Below the pieces are notes generated by a model. That model did not search any database and was not told the origin of the DNA. It saw nothing but the letters and a program-made list of their open reading frames with translations. A DNA stretch of 63,377 nucleotides, filler included, from Octopus bimaculoides (taxonomy: Eukaryota): assembly GCF_001194135.2 (NCBI RefSeq). It is 5 parts of 5 records of this genome, joined end to end, with 100 filler letters (N's around TTAATTAATTAA, not from the genome) between each part and the next. Parts side by side here need not be neighbours in the genome. Positions count along the whole stretch, not along the records: positions 46,430 to 59,482 come from NC_068996.1; positions 59,583 to 61,548 come from NC_068982.1; positions 61,649 to 63,377 come from NC_068999.1; 2 more parts are not named here. One strand, written 5' to 3'. Made by a program: the position numbers and the translations under genes. The number at the start of each line of letters is the position of its first letter. The stretch's first letter is position 1. Below, one piece after another: positions 52,635 to 63,377 of the stretch.

Positions 52635-54738
52635 ATATATATATATGTATGTATGTATGTCTGTATAATATATATTCATATAATATGTATGTATGTATAT
52701 ATATTCATGTATGTTTGTGTGTGTTAGTGTGTGTATATGTGTGCATGTATGTATGTGTTTGTGTGATTGTGTGCGTGCGTGCGTGCGCGTGTGTGTGTGT
52801 GTGTGTGTATTGCATTCGAAGGAAATGGATTCAGTTTAAACAGAAAATTATAAGGCAAAATACAGAGTTGGCATGTTTACATTAGATAAGAAGAGTAAAG
52901 TAATGTCTTCGTCAAAAACTATATTTAGCATTTGGGAGACGAGAAAACAAAGTTTGGAATTTTTTTTTCTTTTTTTTCTGTCTCTTAATACCACATACTT
53001 AAAGGAACCGTTTTACGTTCCTTCACATGCCAAAAATATTCAGTTACCCGAGCAAACGAGTATCACTTGAGATAAGGGATTCACTGGAACCTAACAAGGA
53101 GTTGCATGATCCGCCCAGGGTTTTATGCCAACCAGCGAAAGAATCACGTGGATTAACGAAGAGGCCGTTATGTGGTCGACCGACCATCCAAATCGTTATT
53201 TGAACCACATCCTTAGCGTCGTAAAGCTAGAATGACACATTGCCAAAGTCTGTCGGGCCCTTACAAATCCTTACGAAAATACGAGTATCAGTGGTGTGGA
53301 GAGGTACCTATGGCGTTATAAATAAAGTATGAAAGGAAAATGGAAGAAAGAAAGGAAACCGCTAGATCTGCATCTAGCTGCCACTTTGCCGAGAAACTTA
53401 ATACTGGTTTCAGTACCAGCGCCAACTCCTCAACTAACAAAGTGAGAGTGAAAGCTAAGATAATCCGTAATTTCTACATCCTTACCTCCACCTTCCGAAC
53501 CAACTATTAATCACTAGCTTAACTCATTTATTAATAACTAGCTTAAAAGCCGCACTCTGTGTGGATTTTAAAGCTAGCTCCTGCGAAGGGCTTATTGGAC
53601 CTGCGGCCCAAAACTAAGGAGAGTTAAATATCATGACTATAATACGTCTATAATGATTATACGCCCAGGTGGTGTTTGATCAGCGGTCAAGGACGGATGA
53701 GAATTAATCCTGTAATGCAATCATTCTATTTTTCCAGTCCCAATTTGAATTCCAGCTGTTGGCCAACTTGTCCTAAAGTTCTTATCACGGCGTAAAATTA
53801 ATGAAAACAATGTCATTTATCTCCAACTTGATATCTGACGTCATCTGACAAACGCCAACCAAGATGGCGTGAATCAGCCAAGTTTTACCTGCTAGAAATA
53901 GTAACCCAAATGCCTTTAAATCAGATCACAATGCTGGGTGTTCAAGAACCAAATGAAGGGCAGATTTTCAATACCAAGATTTTCCTGATTCCCCGAAGGT
54001 TTAATATGTCTATGGAGAACAACTGTAAATTGAGATACAGGGGTCCCAGACGAACAGACAGAATTTCGCTTTTGTTAATATAGATTAATCTCAGTTATTT
54101 ACTCTGTGTGATGTAACCATAATAATTCTGTAAAATCTGTGTTGGGTTAAAACCTAAAGTGAAATAACTGCACGTGACTTTGCGACTAGGATCTTGTAGT
54201 TTCGTTTCTTGACTCTTGGCAAAATACCATAATAATCACAGCGAACAGATTTTAAAATCGCAGTAGTCGAATTCATTCGATCATTTAACTATTCGATAAT
54301 TGATTTGAATTTCAAACCAACAATAAAATAAGACCGTGTTCTGTGTGGCTTAATATGTAATTATCCTCTAATCTATTGTCTTAACATTGCGTTACTGTCC
54401 GGAATTTTCTAGTTTCGAGTATTGTAGTGCTTTATAAATATTGTTATTTAATCATTTAAGACGAGACGAATATATGGGTAACGCAAAGGAAAGGAAAATA
54501 TCCTATGGGACTGGAAATGAAAAAAGGGAGCAGAAGAATAGTATTATCGTTAAAGGCGTAAAATTGTAAGGGTCTTTTGGGCGATAAATGTCGAGGAATT
54601 AGCAACGTCCCGTCTTGTGTATATATACGCGTATTTATATGCATACATACGTACATATTTATACATTATTTCTAATACTATAACGACTACTGCTATTTGT
54701 CATTTGTTGTAATTCTCCTTGGTTTCATTCCATTGCAG

Positions 54739-55074
54739 GTGAAAGAAAGCGGAACGAAACAGTGCTGCCCTGAAACAAAATCTAAAACTACCAAAAGATA
54801 TCGATTTACAAAAGATGACCCAGACGACTCTGAAGCATGCCAAAGGATAATAATGGAGGTTATGAAAGAACGTTTAGTGACATCAAAGATTTCAGCCCTG
54901 AAAGGTCGTCTGCAGATGTTGACATTAATGGTAAATGATTGTGAAGAATATTTGCGACAAAAAGAGCAACTCCGTTTACGGCAGAAGCAAAGGAAAACTA
55001 TATTTCAAATTATTTTAGTGACAGTTGTCATTAGCATGATATTATTTATTCCATTTTTGTACAGTCAACTGTAA
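54739..55074 (+). CDS. Terminal coding exon: coiled coil plus C-terminal transmembrane anchor (unknown protein)
   Basis: Acceptor tttcattccattgcag; 111 codons in non-repetitive DNA, VKESGTK...KISALKGRLQML...RQKEQLRLRQKQRK-TIFQIILVTVVISMILFIPFLY-SQL*. Confidence 0.7.
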   Translation: MKESGTKQCCPETKSKTTKRYRFTKDDPDDSEACQRIIMEVMKERLVTSKISALKGRLQMLTLMVNDCEEYLRQKEQLRLRQKQRKTIFQIILVTVVISMILFIPFLYSQL

Positions 55075-55078
55075 CGTA

Positions 55079-55400
55079 GCACCGGGTTCAGTCCCACTGC
55101 GTAGCTCTTTGGGCAAGTGTCTTCTGCTATAGCTCCCGAACTAACCAAAGCCTTGTGAGTGGATTTGGTAGACGGAAACTGAAAGAAACCCGTGGTATGT
55201 ATATGTATGCTTGCATGTATGAATACATGCGTCCATCCTCGCACCACTGTAACTTACTGGCTCAGCAAAAGTAACCCGAAAGGATATTTACCAAACTTTA
55301 AAATATTAAAAACCGAGATCGATTCATTTGGCTAATAACTTTCAAGGAGGTGCCCCTGTACGGATGCAGTCCAATGACTGAAACAATTAAAAAACAAAAG
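55079..55400 (+). mobile_element. 5'-truncated SINE family 1 immediately after the stop codon
   Basis: CCGGGTTCAGTCCCACTGCG...GGATTTGGTAGACGGAAACTGAAAGAAA...CAATGACTGAAAC. Confidence 0.8.
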
Positions 55401-56142
55401 ATACATTCATCGGCCAAGCATGATCTTGGCTTCACCGCCGCCCGCACCACATCTTATTTTCCTGTATCCTGACTTTCATCAATGTCTGTGCCTTAAGGCT
55501 TCCACTTTACACGCCAGCTCAACTTAACTTGTCCTTATTAAGCGAAAGACAGCTGTTGTTGTTTGTATTTGTAATCGTGTAACATTTTCTCCGTTTTCTC
55601 GTTTTTTTTGTGTGTGTGTCTCTGTTGTCGCACTTATTCACTGATTTCTTCCAAAAATTTAATGCCCATAGCTTAGATTTTTGGAGCTAACCAATTTTGA
55701 GCAGTCTCAAGTGTAAGAGACCGAAACTGTAATGATGATTGGAGACTTGACTGATAAAAGAAAGGCACAAATGTTCCGTCCTGATTTTTCCTGTCCGTCT
55801 TTGTATCGTATATCTGTCCATATGTTCTTATTATCGTGTTACGTTCTTATTATTCCGTTTTGGGAATTTATATGTACATACATACATACATACATACTTA
55901 TATCATATCATATTTATTCTATTCTTTTCAAATTACGCTATTTGGCAGTACGTTCTGCTATTCATTAATCTGTCATTCAGTTAATTTGTATAAACAGAAC
56001 GATTGATATGTGTAGATGCTGTTTGTCTTCAGTTTGAATAAGTTATTCATTTTTTTTTTTTACTTTGCTTTATACCACCTCGATGAATCTGATGGGATAA
56101 CAAAACATTATGATCATATTGTAAATGTAATTTTCATCTAAT

Positions 56143-56148
56143 AATAAA
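56143..56148 (+). promoter_or_regulatory. Possible polyadenylation signal
   Basis: AATAAA about 1.07 kb downstream of the stop at 55074. This motif is common by chance in AT-rich DNA. Confidence 0.15.
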
Positions 56149-56759
56149 GCATATTCACCCAACAAAGTTATGTATTGCGTGCTTTCTTTTTGATTATGAA
56201 CATTTCTACTTCCACACAAGGGTTTCTATTTTCGTCGTACAAACACACGTACACACACAAACATACACACGCGCACACACACAGAAATGCACACATACAC
56301 GCACATAAATATTCACAGATGTGCGAATGCGTGTATACAATGAAAATAACACGACGTATTCACATTTATTTTGGAATATTATCTGGAAAAGCGGATCTTT
56401 ATAAAATTGTTTCAACCACTTGAAATATTTCAAATTTGGCCTGGGTGTGTGGCTAAAAAGCTTGCTTCCCAACCCTGTGATCTTGAGCTCAGCCCCACTG
56501 CACAGCACCTTGGGTACGTATTTTCTACTATGACCCCAGGCCAACCAAAGCTTTGAGAGTTAATTTGTTCTACTGAAACACTATGCTCCAATCACTAATC
56601 AATTCTTCCCCCAACCAACCACCTTTTTCATATAAACTTTGCTTAAGGATCCAGAAAAGCCTACGTACAGTATGACTGACCGAAAATGAACCGGCTAAAA
56701 TATTGCCAGTGGCAACACCCTCACTAGAGAGATATAATCTTCAGAACTGCATGAAGATT

Positions 56760-58400
56760 GTCATCGATAGTCAAAGAACTACAGAAGAGAAGTGGGCAAC
56801 GAAGAAAATAAAACTCAAATCCTAAAGTGTTCTTCGGATTGTGTTTAAAGGTCGCTGTCTCATCTGCTGGATTTCTGATTGTAGAAGAGAAAACCCTGCA
56901 TAGTGGTACAGAAAACATAATCGAGATTCTGCAGAAGCAATTCTCAATTCTGCTTCAATTTCAGCGATTCCAATATGGTTGATCGTGACAGCATCGGTGA
57001 AACAAATTCCTAGCACACCCTATCTGATATGTCATTTGGTGCTCCGGGTATCGTAGCAGCTATGAACAAAATTACAAAATACTCAGTTGCGGGCCCCGAC
57101 AGGTTTCTCATTAGGGTCCTGAAGAAATACCAACCTCATCTCGCATTCCCTTTAGCTATTCTCTGGACGTTGGTAATTCTCTGTCCCAGTTTTCAAAAAG
57201 CGAAACTAATCGTTGGCAGTGAATTACCGATATATCTCACCACTCATATCATAAAATTATTTGAAAGAGTGGTGAGATCACGAGTAATTCACTTCCTGGA
57301 AAGTAACAGCCTACTTATTAACAACCAGCATAGTTCCCACAATAACATCATTGACGTCATCAAACAGCAACATTAGAATTGTTGTGAATAACTCTAAGCT
57401 TCTGAAGGTCGTCGAAAGGGTAGGAGATCGGACAGATCTCCAATTGTATCTGCTCGCTATTATCTAATGCAGTGGTCCGCAAAGGTAGTACTAGGGGTCC
57501 GTGAACTAAATTCAAAATTTCATACATACACACATACACACACATACACATAACGATAAGCATATTAAAAGATGTCCGTGGAAAAACTCATTTAAATAAA
57601 AGGGTTGGGAACCACTGATTTAATCGATGGAAAAGCACAATATGCATCTAAACGAGAAGTGATTGAATTAATCAACTTCGGTAAAAAGAGGCTGCACTTA
57701 AGCTACCATACATTCTAACCTCGTGGCTTCAGCTATCGCTAGGGACCTCGGAGTAACTGTCGATGAAAATTTGAGTTGGAATGCATATATAACACCAAAG
57801 TTGGCGAGCTCGCAGGGCGACCTCCTGGATTCTCGGGACTTTCCAGTTTAGCGGTGCTCCTACCATAATCCTTCTCTTCTCTACCTTCACTCGGCCTCAC
57901 ATTGAATACTGCTGTCCGTGTGGTCTCCCTACATAAAACAAAATCTTATAAAAGATATCAATACCGCCACCGCCGCCCCGAAAAAATAGACGACATGACA
58001 GATCTTGGTTTAGGGATAAGCTCGAGAAGTTCAAACTTTATTCCCCCAAACTCCAACGCGAGTGTTATATTATGTGTATGATATACAAAATATTCCAATA
58101 GCTTTGCCCAAATGATGTTAGCATCAACTTTAAAATTCACCCAAGAGTTAGTTCTTATACCATCCACCCTCTACAAAAACTATGCTCGCATTACACTACA
58201 ACACTAAGACAGAACTAGTTCACCTTAAGTGGCCCGGCTGTCTTTGACTTCATGCCAAGACAGATTTGGGAAGAAAAAGATCTCACAACACTCAAACGGT
58301 TTTTGGATGAATAGCTCCAGCAAATTGCAGATAAACCACCTACACCTGGATATATCTTAGCAATCAATAATTCTTTAATCAAATTGGATGTGTCGACCTA
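56760..58400 (+). mobile_element. CR1/L2-type LINE RT remnant, internally deleted and interrupted by a MITE
   Basis: AGPDRF..LKK..PHLAFPLAILW, PIYLTTHIIKLFERVV..FLESN.LL.NNQH, a degenerate ADD motif (VNNSKLLK), ARDLGVTVDENLSW and RPHIEYC. Confidence 0.85.
57470..57617. mobile_element. hAT-like MITE nested in the LINE
   Basis: Ends CAGTGGTCCGCAAA / GGGTTGGGAACCACTG, flanked by 8-mers ATCTAATG / ATTTAATC (6/8 match). Confidence 0.7.
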
Positions 58401-59696
58401 AGAGTAACTATAATGAAGAATCATTAAATATCTTTTCCATGTGTTGTTATTAAGTCAGTCATGTCCTGGAGCAATTCTGGCCGAAACTTATCTCAATATT
58501 TCAGAATATATATATATATATATATATATATANNNNNNNNNNNNNNNNNNNNNNNNNNNNNNNNNNNNNNNNNNNNNNNNNNNNNNNNNNNNNNNNNNNN
58601 NNNNNNNNNNNNNNNNNNNNNNNNNNNNNNNNNNNNNNNNNNNNNNNNNNNNNNNNNNNNNNNNNNNNNNNNNNNNNNNNNNNNNNNNNNNNNNNNNNNN
58701 NNNNNNNNNNNNNNNNNNNNNNNNNNNNNNNNNNNNNNNNNNNNNNNNNNNNNNNNNNNNNNNNNNNNNNNNNNNNNNNNNNNNNNNNNNNNNNNNNNNG
58801 TGAGGAACGACCGTGTGAACTCAAAAAGGAGAAATGGTGTCGAATGGAAAAACAGAGGACTCCTTTTATTTAAACGTGTCACACGGTCGAACACAAAATA
58901 ATTATATCAATGATGATATACAAAATAATGCTATACTACGATAACATTAGTGAATTCGTAAATACCAGTAATGAAGAGACGATAGAAGGCAACCGTATGA
59001 AATGAGTAACAGAAATATTTATTATGGCGTTAAAGATGTATGTCTGTGTGTGAGTGTGAATGCGACATATAAGAACATAATCAAAGACAAGCCGTCGTAC
59101 AAAGAAAAGTATGTATGTGAGTGATACATGTGTGTGTATGTGAGTTATTACAGCAGATAGAGAGTCAATAACACGCGAGCATTTTATACCAGTTCTTAAG
59201 TACACTATAGGAAAAGTCTGTATGTGAGAGTAGTTGAGGCTGTGTGTGGCAGAGCTGATCACTAGTTGTGATGTCGTGGCATCCATGCCGGGACGTGATT
59301 CTTGTTATACAGATGTTCGTCGTTCGTCGTTTGGCAGAGCTTATCACTAGTTGTGTTTTGGCTTCGATGCCAGGGCCTTGAGGACAGACGTTTATCGCAG
59401 GCTGAAATTCTCTTGTCTGTTTATTATCGTGGTGAAGCTAAGTCACCTAACAGAATCGAAGAGAGAGATGTGCCGCGGTGGTNNNNNNNNNNNNNNNNNN
59501 NNNNNNNNNNNNNNNNNNNNNNNNNNTTAATTAATTAANNNNNNNNNNNNNNNNNNNNNNNNNNNNNNNNNNNNNNNNNNNNCTAAAACCAACGAAAACA
59601 ATGTCCAGCAAACCAAATTCTGAAGATTGTAACAAGTAAAAAAAATATACGTTTGTGAAATTGGCTGTGTGTGTGCGCGCACGTGCGTGTGTGTGT

Positions 59697-59738
<42 letters not shown>

Positions 59739-59855
59739 TGTCTGTCTGTCTGTGTCTTTGTGTGTGCACGTACGCGAGCGCGTGGGTGTTTGCTAGTGTA
59801 TATGCATGTGTGTGAGTCGGTGGATAAGTATGCTTAAAGCATTTTTGTTTGCAAC

Positions 59856-59934
<79 letters not shown>

Positions 59935-60530
59935 TAGAGGCATTAAACTTCAAACTGTCTGAAGAAGACTTGCTGGTTGAAAACTCAAAGACTCTATCAC
60001 CTTTCTTATAGATTTTTTTTTAAATGAGTAATACTTCGGTGCAATTTTCAGTTATTTATATATATATACCGAAACTCAGTTGTTTATATATATATATATA
60101 CCGAAACTCAGTAAGTATGATATAATGGAAAGTCTGTACAAACGTTCCGAGAGTTCAAGAAGTTTTTATACGTGAATTGAGTTTGAATGTATAACGTGTT
60201 GCAGCGGAAGTGAAACTTCTTAGCACAATCAGCTATAAAACCAGTGCCACAACAAAAGTTGAGACGACAAGAAACCAACTGCACTTCAGGGCTTTTTTTT
60301 ATACGATTTTACCTATACCTCGGAGGAAGTTCTAACAAGAACGAGGGGCCCTTCACTCCCAGTGTCTCATAAGCTAATTAGCCTATATCTAACACCCTAA
60401 TAGGTGCTATTACTCAAGGTCAGAATAAATAAGTACGTACGTACGTACGTACGTACATACATACATACATACATACATACATGCACATGTATAAATACGA
60501 GCATGCATGATGCATGTATAAAAAGAGTAA

Positions 60531-60862
60531 AGACCTACTTCCGTCATGAATGGTTTTGGGATTGCACATAGACAGTTACCCTCCGAGGCACAAGTCCGGG
60601 CAAGGTTGTTTATGGAAGACCAGCCGTCGCCCATGCATACCACTCTTCCCTCTCCACGCCACCTATATCATCCAAGGGAAAGGCAAAGGCTGATACAGCT
60701 TGGCACCAGTGACACCGCAACTCATTTCTACAGATGAGTGAACTGGAGCAACGTGAAATAAAGTGTCATGCTCAAGAACAGAACACACTGCCCGGTCCGG
60801 GAATCGAACTCACTACCTCATGATTGTGACTCCGACGCTCTAACCACTGAGCCATGTGCCTT
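60531..60862 (-). mobile_element. tRNA-derived SINE family 3, full length
   Basis: Reverse complement of 36111-36406. Confidence 0.9.
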
Positions 60863-61135
60863 CACAATGATACATACATACATACAAGCAGACAGACAAA
60901 TTGTGGCTTCGATTCCTACACCAGGCGATGAGATGGGTTCTTGAGCAAAACTCTTTATTTCACGTTGCTTCTGTCCACTCAGCAGGTATAAATGAGTGAT
61001 CCTGCGACGGACGGTGTCCCGTCCAGGGAGGAATATGCCAGAGAACTCGGGAAATCAGCTCTAGGCGCCTTACGGAATGTGGACTAACCAAATGTGTGTA
61101 TGCATGTAGCCATGCATGTATAACCAATGAAGGGG

Positions 61136-61195
<60 letters not shown>

Positions 61196-61258
61196 TATAG
61201 ATAGATAGATAGATAGATTAGATTAGATTAGATTAGATAATATGTATATGTATGTATG

Positions 61259-61303
<45 letters not shown>

Positions 61304-62825
61304 CAAAGAATATATATACATGTATACACACATATATGTACATACTTACATCTACATGTGTATATACATGCATATCAGGGTACAGGACGTTAGAACAATA
61401 AACCACAGACAACGGAACGAACACACAGGAAAACGGAAAGCCACTTGGAATATCCCTTCATCAGCTGTCTCTATTCTATCTAGACGTTTCGAAGACAAGA
61501 CAGAACGTACTCTAGAATAGTCTCTTCCTGAGTAGTGGATCAACCCACNNNNNNNNNNNNNNNNNNNNNNNNNNNNNNNNNNNNNNNNNNNNTTAATTAA
61601 TTAANNNNNNNNNNNNNNNNNNNNNNNNNNNNNNNNNNNNNNNNNNNNACAACAAGTAACGGAAGGAGTAGATAGAAATAGTAAGAGGAGAAGGATAAGG
61701 AAGCGGTGATAGTGGGAGGTTGGTGGTTGTGGGAGAGTGGTGGTGGTGGTGGTACTGCTGCTACTGCTACTGGCGGTGGCGGCGGAGGCGGTGCTGATAG
61801 TCGAAAGTAAGGAGGAGTTCTGAAGAGTTCGCCACAAGAAGCGAATATTTTCTATATTCATTATTATAGATATGGAACAGAAAACATGGCTACTTTATCG
61901 ATTTCTCAGCTGACAGTTTAAACATTTATGGCAAATAGTCAGGAAATAGCTTCTCACCACAAGAATTTCCATTTTTGGTGAAATACTACGAAACATGGGC
62001 GGGTGGTTGGATTTAGAACGGGCATGACATTTTTAACACTACACATCGACAAGTTTAATCACTCATCGTCTTCAGGTGTTCATCGACGTGCTTCATTGCC
62101 TGCTAGAAACAGCAGCCAAATGTCTTTAAAATCAAACCCTGCTGTGTTAACACTGCATTGCAGAACGTGGTTGTGGATACTTTGATGCAGGGAAAAGGAC
62201 GGGATGGTCACGGGTGGAGCCTATATCGTCATAGGCCGGCTCAACGAGGACAGACCAACACGTTGGTCGGCACAGCGCTTCTCCTCTTACATATTCGCAA
62301 ACGGATCACAATTAAATCGTTACAAGGAAACGACTTAATAGACATTTTGGGATGGCTTTTGAACAAGGAACATTGATCGTTGGAGCACTCACATGCATCT
62401 AATCACACACGCACACATATCACACACACACACATATCACATACACGCACACACACACACATGTATGCATGTTCACTTCTGTTTTGAATTATTTAAATTC
62501 TTCGTTTGAGAAAGGAGCTGGTTTCTAACAATGATATAAAGTTCCACCACTGGAATGAAAATAACAAAAACAAAGTCACATGTTAAACTTGAGAAAGGTA
62601 TTGCATACTTTTACTGTTCCACTTACAGATTGTATTTGTTGGTTGATTTCTTTTTCTGAAAATCCAAGCTTATCCAGATTGTCATTTATTCATTTACTCA
62701 CAAAACTATTTGCCCTAATTATTATTATTTCTATAAATGTGAATTTATAATCTAGATATGAAAGCTGGAGGTTTGTATGTATGTATGTATGTATGTATGT
62801 ATGGAGGGAGGGAGGGAGGGAGGGC

Positions 62826-63345
62826 ATAGCTATTGACCGTAGCAGGTGGAGAAGGATTGTACATGAAGGGACAGCTATTTTTGAGTAATCTCGAGTTGCG
62901 CATGAGAAAGTAAGGAGGAATGTCAGGAAGGGCATCGCAGTTGCACTTCCAGACGGTAAGGGTCTTCCTATGACGCTGACATGCAGGGTCTGTGCAAGAC
63001 CCTGCCTCAGTAAAGCTGGACTCAAGACTCATCTTCGTAGTCATAAAGCGAGACCGGTGATTGACAACCAGGCCGCTGGTGGTGGTGCTACACACCATAC
63101 TAATCATATCTGTCAGGCATGTGGAAGGGAGTGTGATTCGGCGGGAAGACTTAAACGACATGCAAAGGTACATGAAACCCAGTTCCAATTACAGCTCGCT
63201 ATTGCCGGCAAAGGTTTTAGCTGCCAATTCTGTACAAGACATTGTCGATCTTTAGCTGGGCTAAAAAGTCGCGTTCGGTCACAGCACCGTCAACAGCTAA
63301 GCCTCGTGCAATGGCCATACTCGATAACGAGGGGACAGCCATCAT
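62826..63345 (+). mobile_element. RTE-clade LINE 3' end with three tandem C2H2 zinc fingers
   Basis: AIDRSRWRRIVHEGTAIFE* (RTE-type motif), then CRVC-x12-HLRSH, CQAC-x12-HAKVH and CQFC-x12-RVRSQH. Ends in a GGCCATACTCG...GGACAGCCATC tail followed by (ATGT)n. Confidence 0.75.
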
Positions 63346-63377
63346 GTATGTATGGTTTCTGTTTTAGGTATAAGACC

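Noticed and set aside
61440-61500. GAAACGTC followed by CTGATGA on the minus strand (permuted hammerhead?)
   Set aside because: Stems I and II do not pair in a type II or type III arrangement, and no GAAA follows CTGATGA.

Overview
This is eukaryotic, AT-rich, draft-assembly DNA with many microsatellites and N gaps. The tRNA-derived SINE families and the repeat landscape suggest an octopus or other cephalopod genome (inference). I found no rRNA, CRISPR or prokaryotic genes. Most of the window is intronic or intergenic sequence filled with decayed transposons: several SINE families, CR1/L2-like, L1/Tx1-like, RTE and R4/Dong-like LINEs, a Penelope-like fragment, Tc1 and mariner remnants, hAT MITEs, a Helentron-like element and a gypsy integrase fragment. 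A chain of 4-6 phase-compatible + strand exons (about 22.9-55.1 kb) runs through it and would encode an unrecognised protein ending in a coiled coil plus a C-terminal transmembrane anchor. The most unusual signals are: an RTE C-terminus with three tandem C2H2 fingers, a tail-to-head L1/Tx1 arrangement, a mariner derivative built from two 5' ends, several long fold-backs, and decayed minimal hammerhead ribozyme motifs. Most ORFs in the supplied track are microsatellite or gap artefacts. All alignments and translations were done by eye, so element boundaries are approximate.
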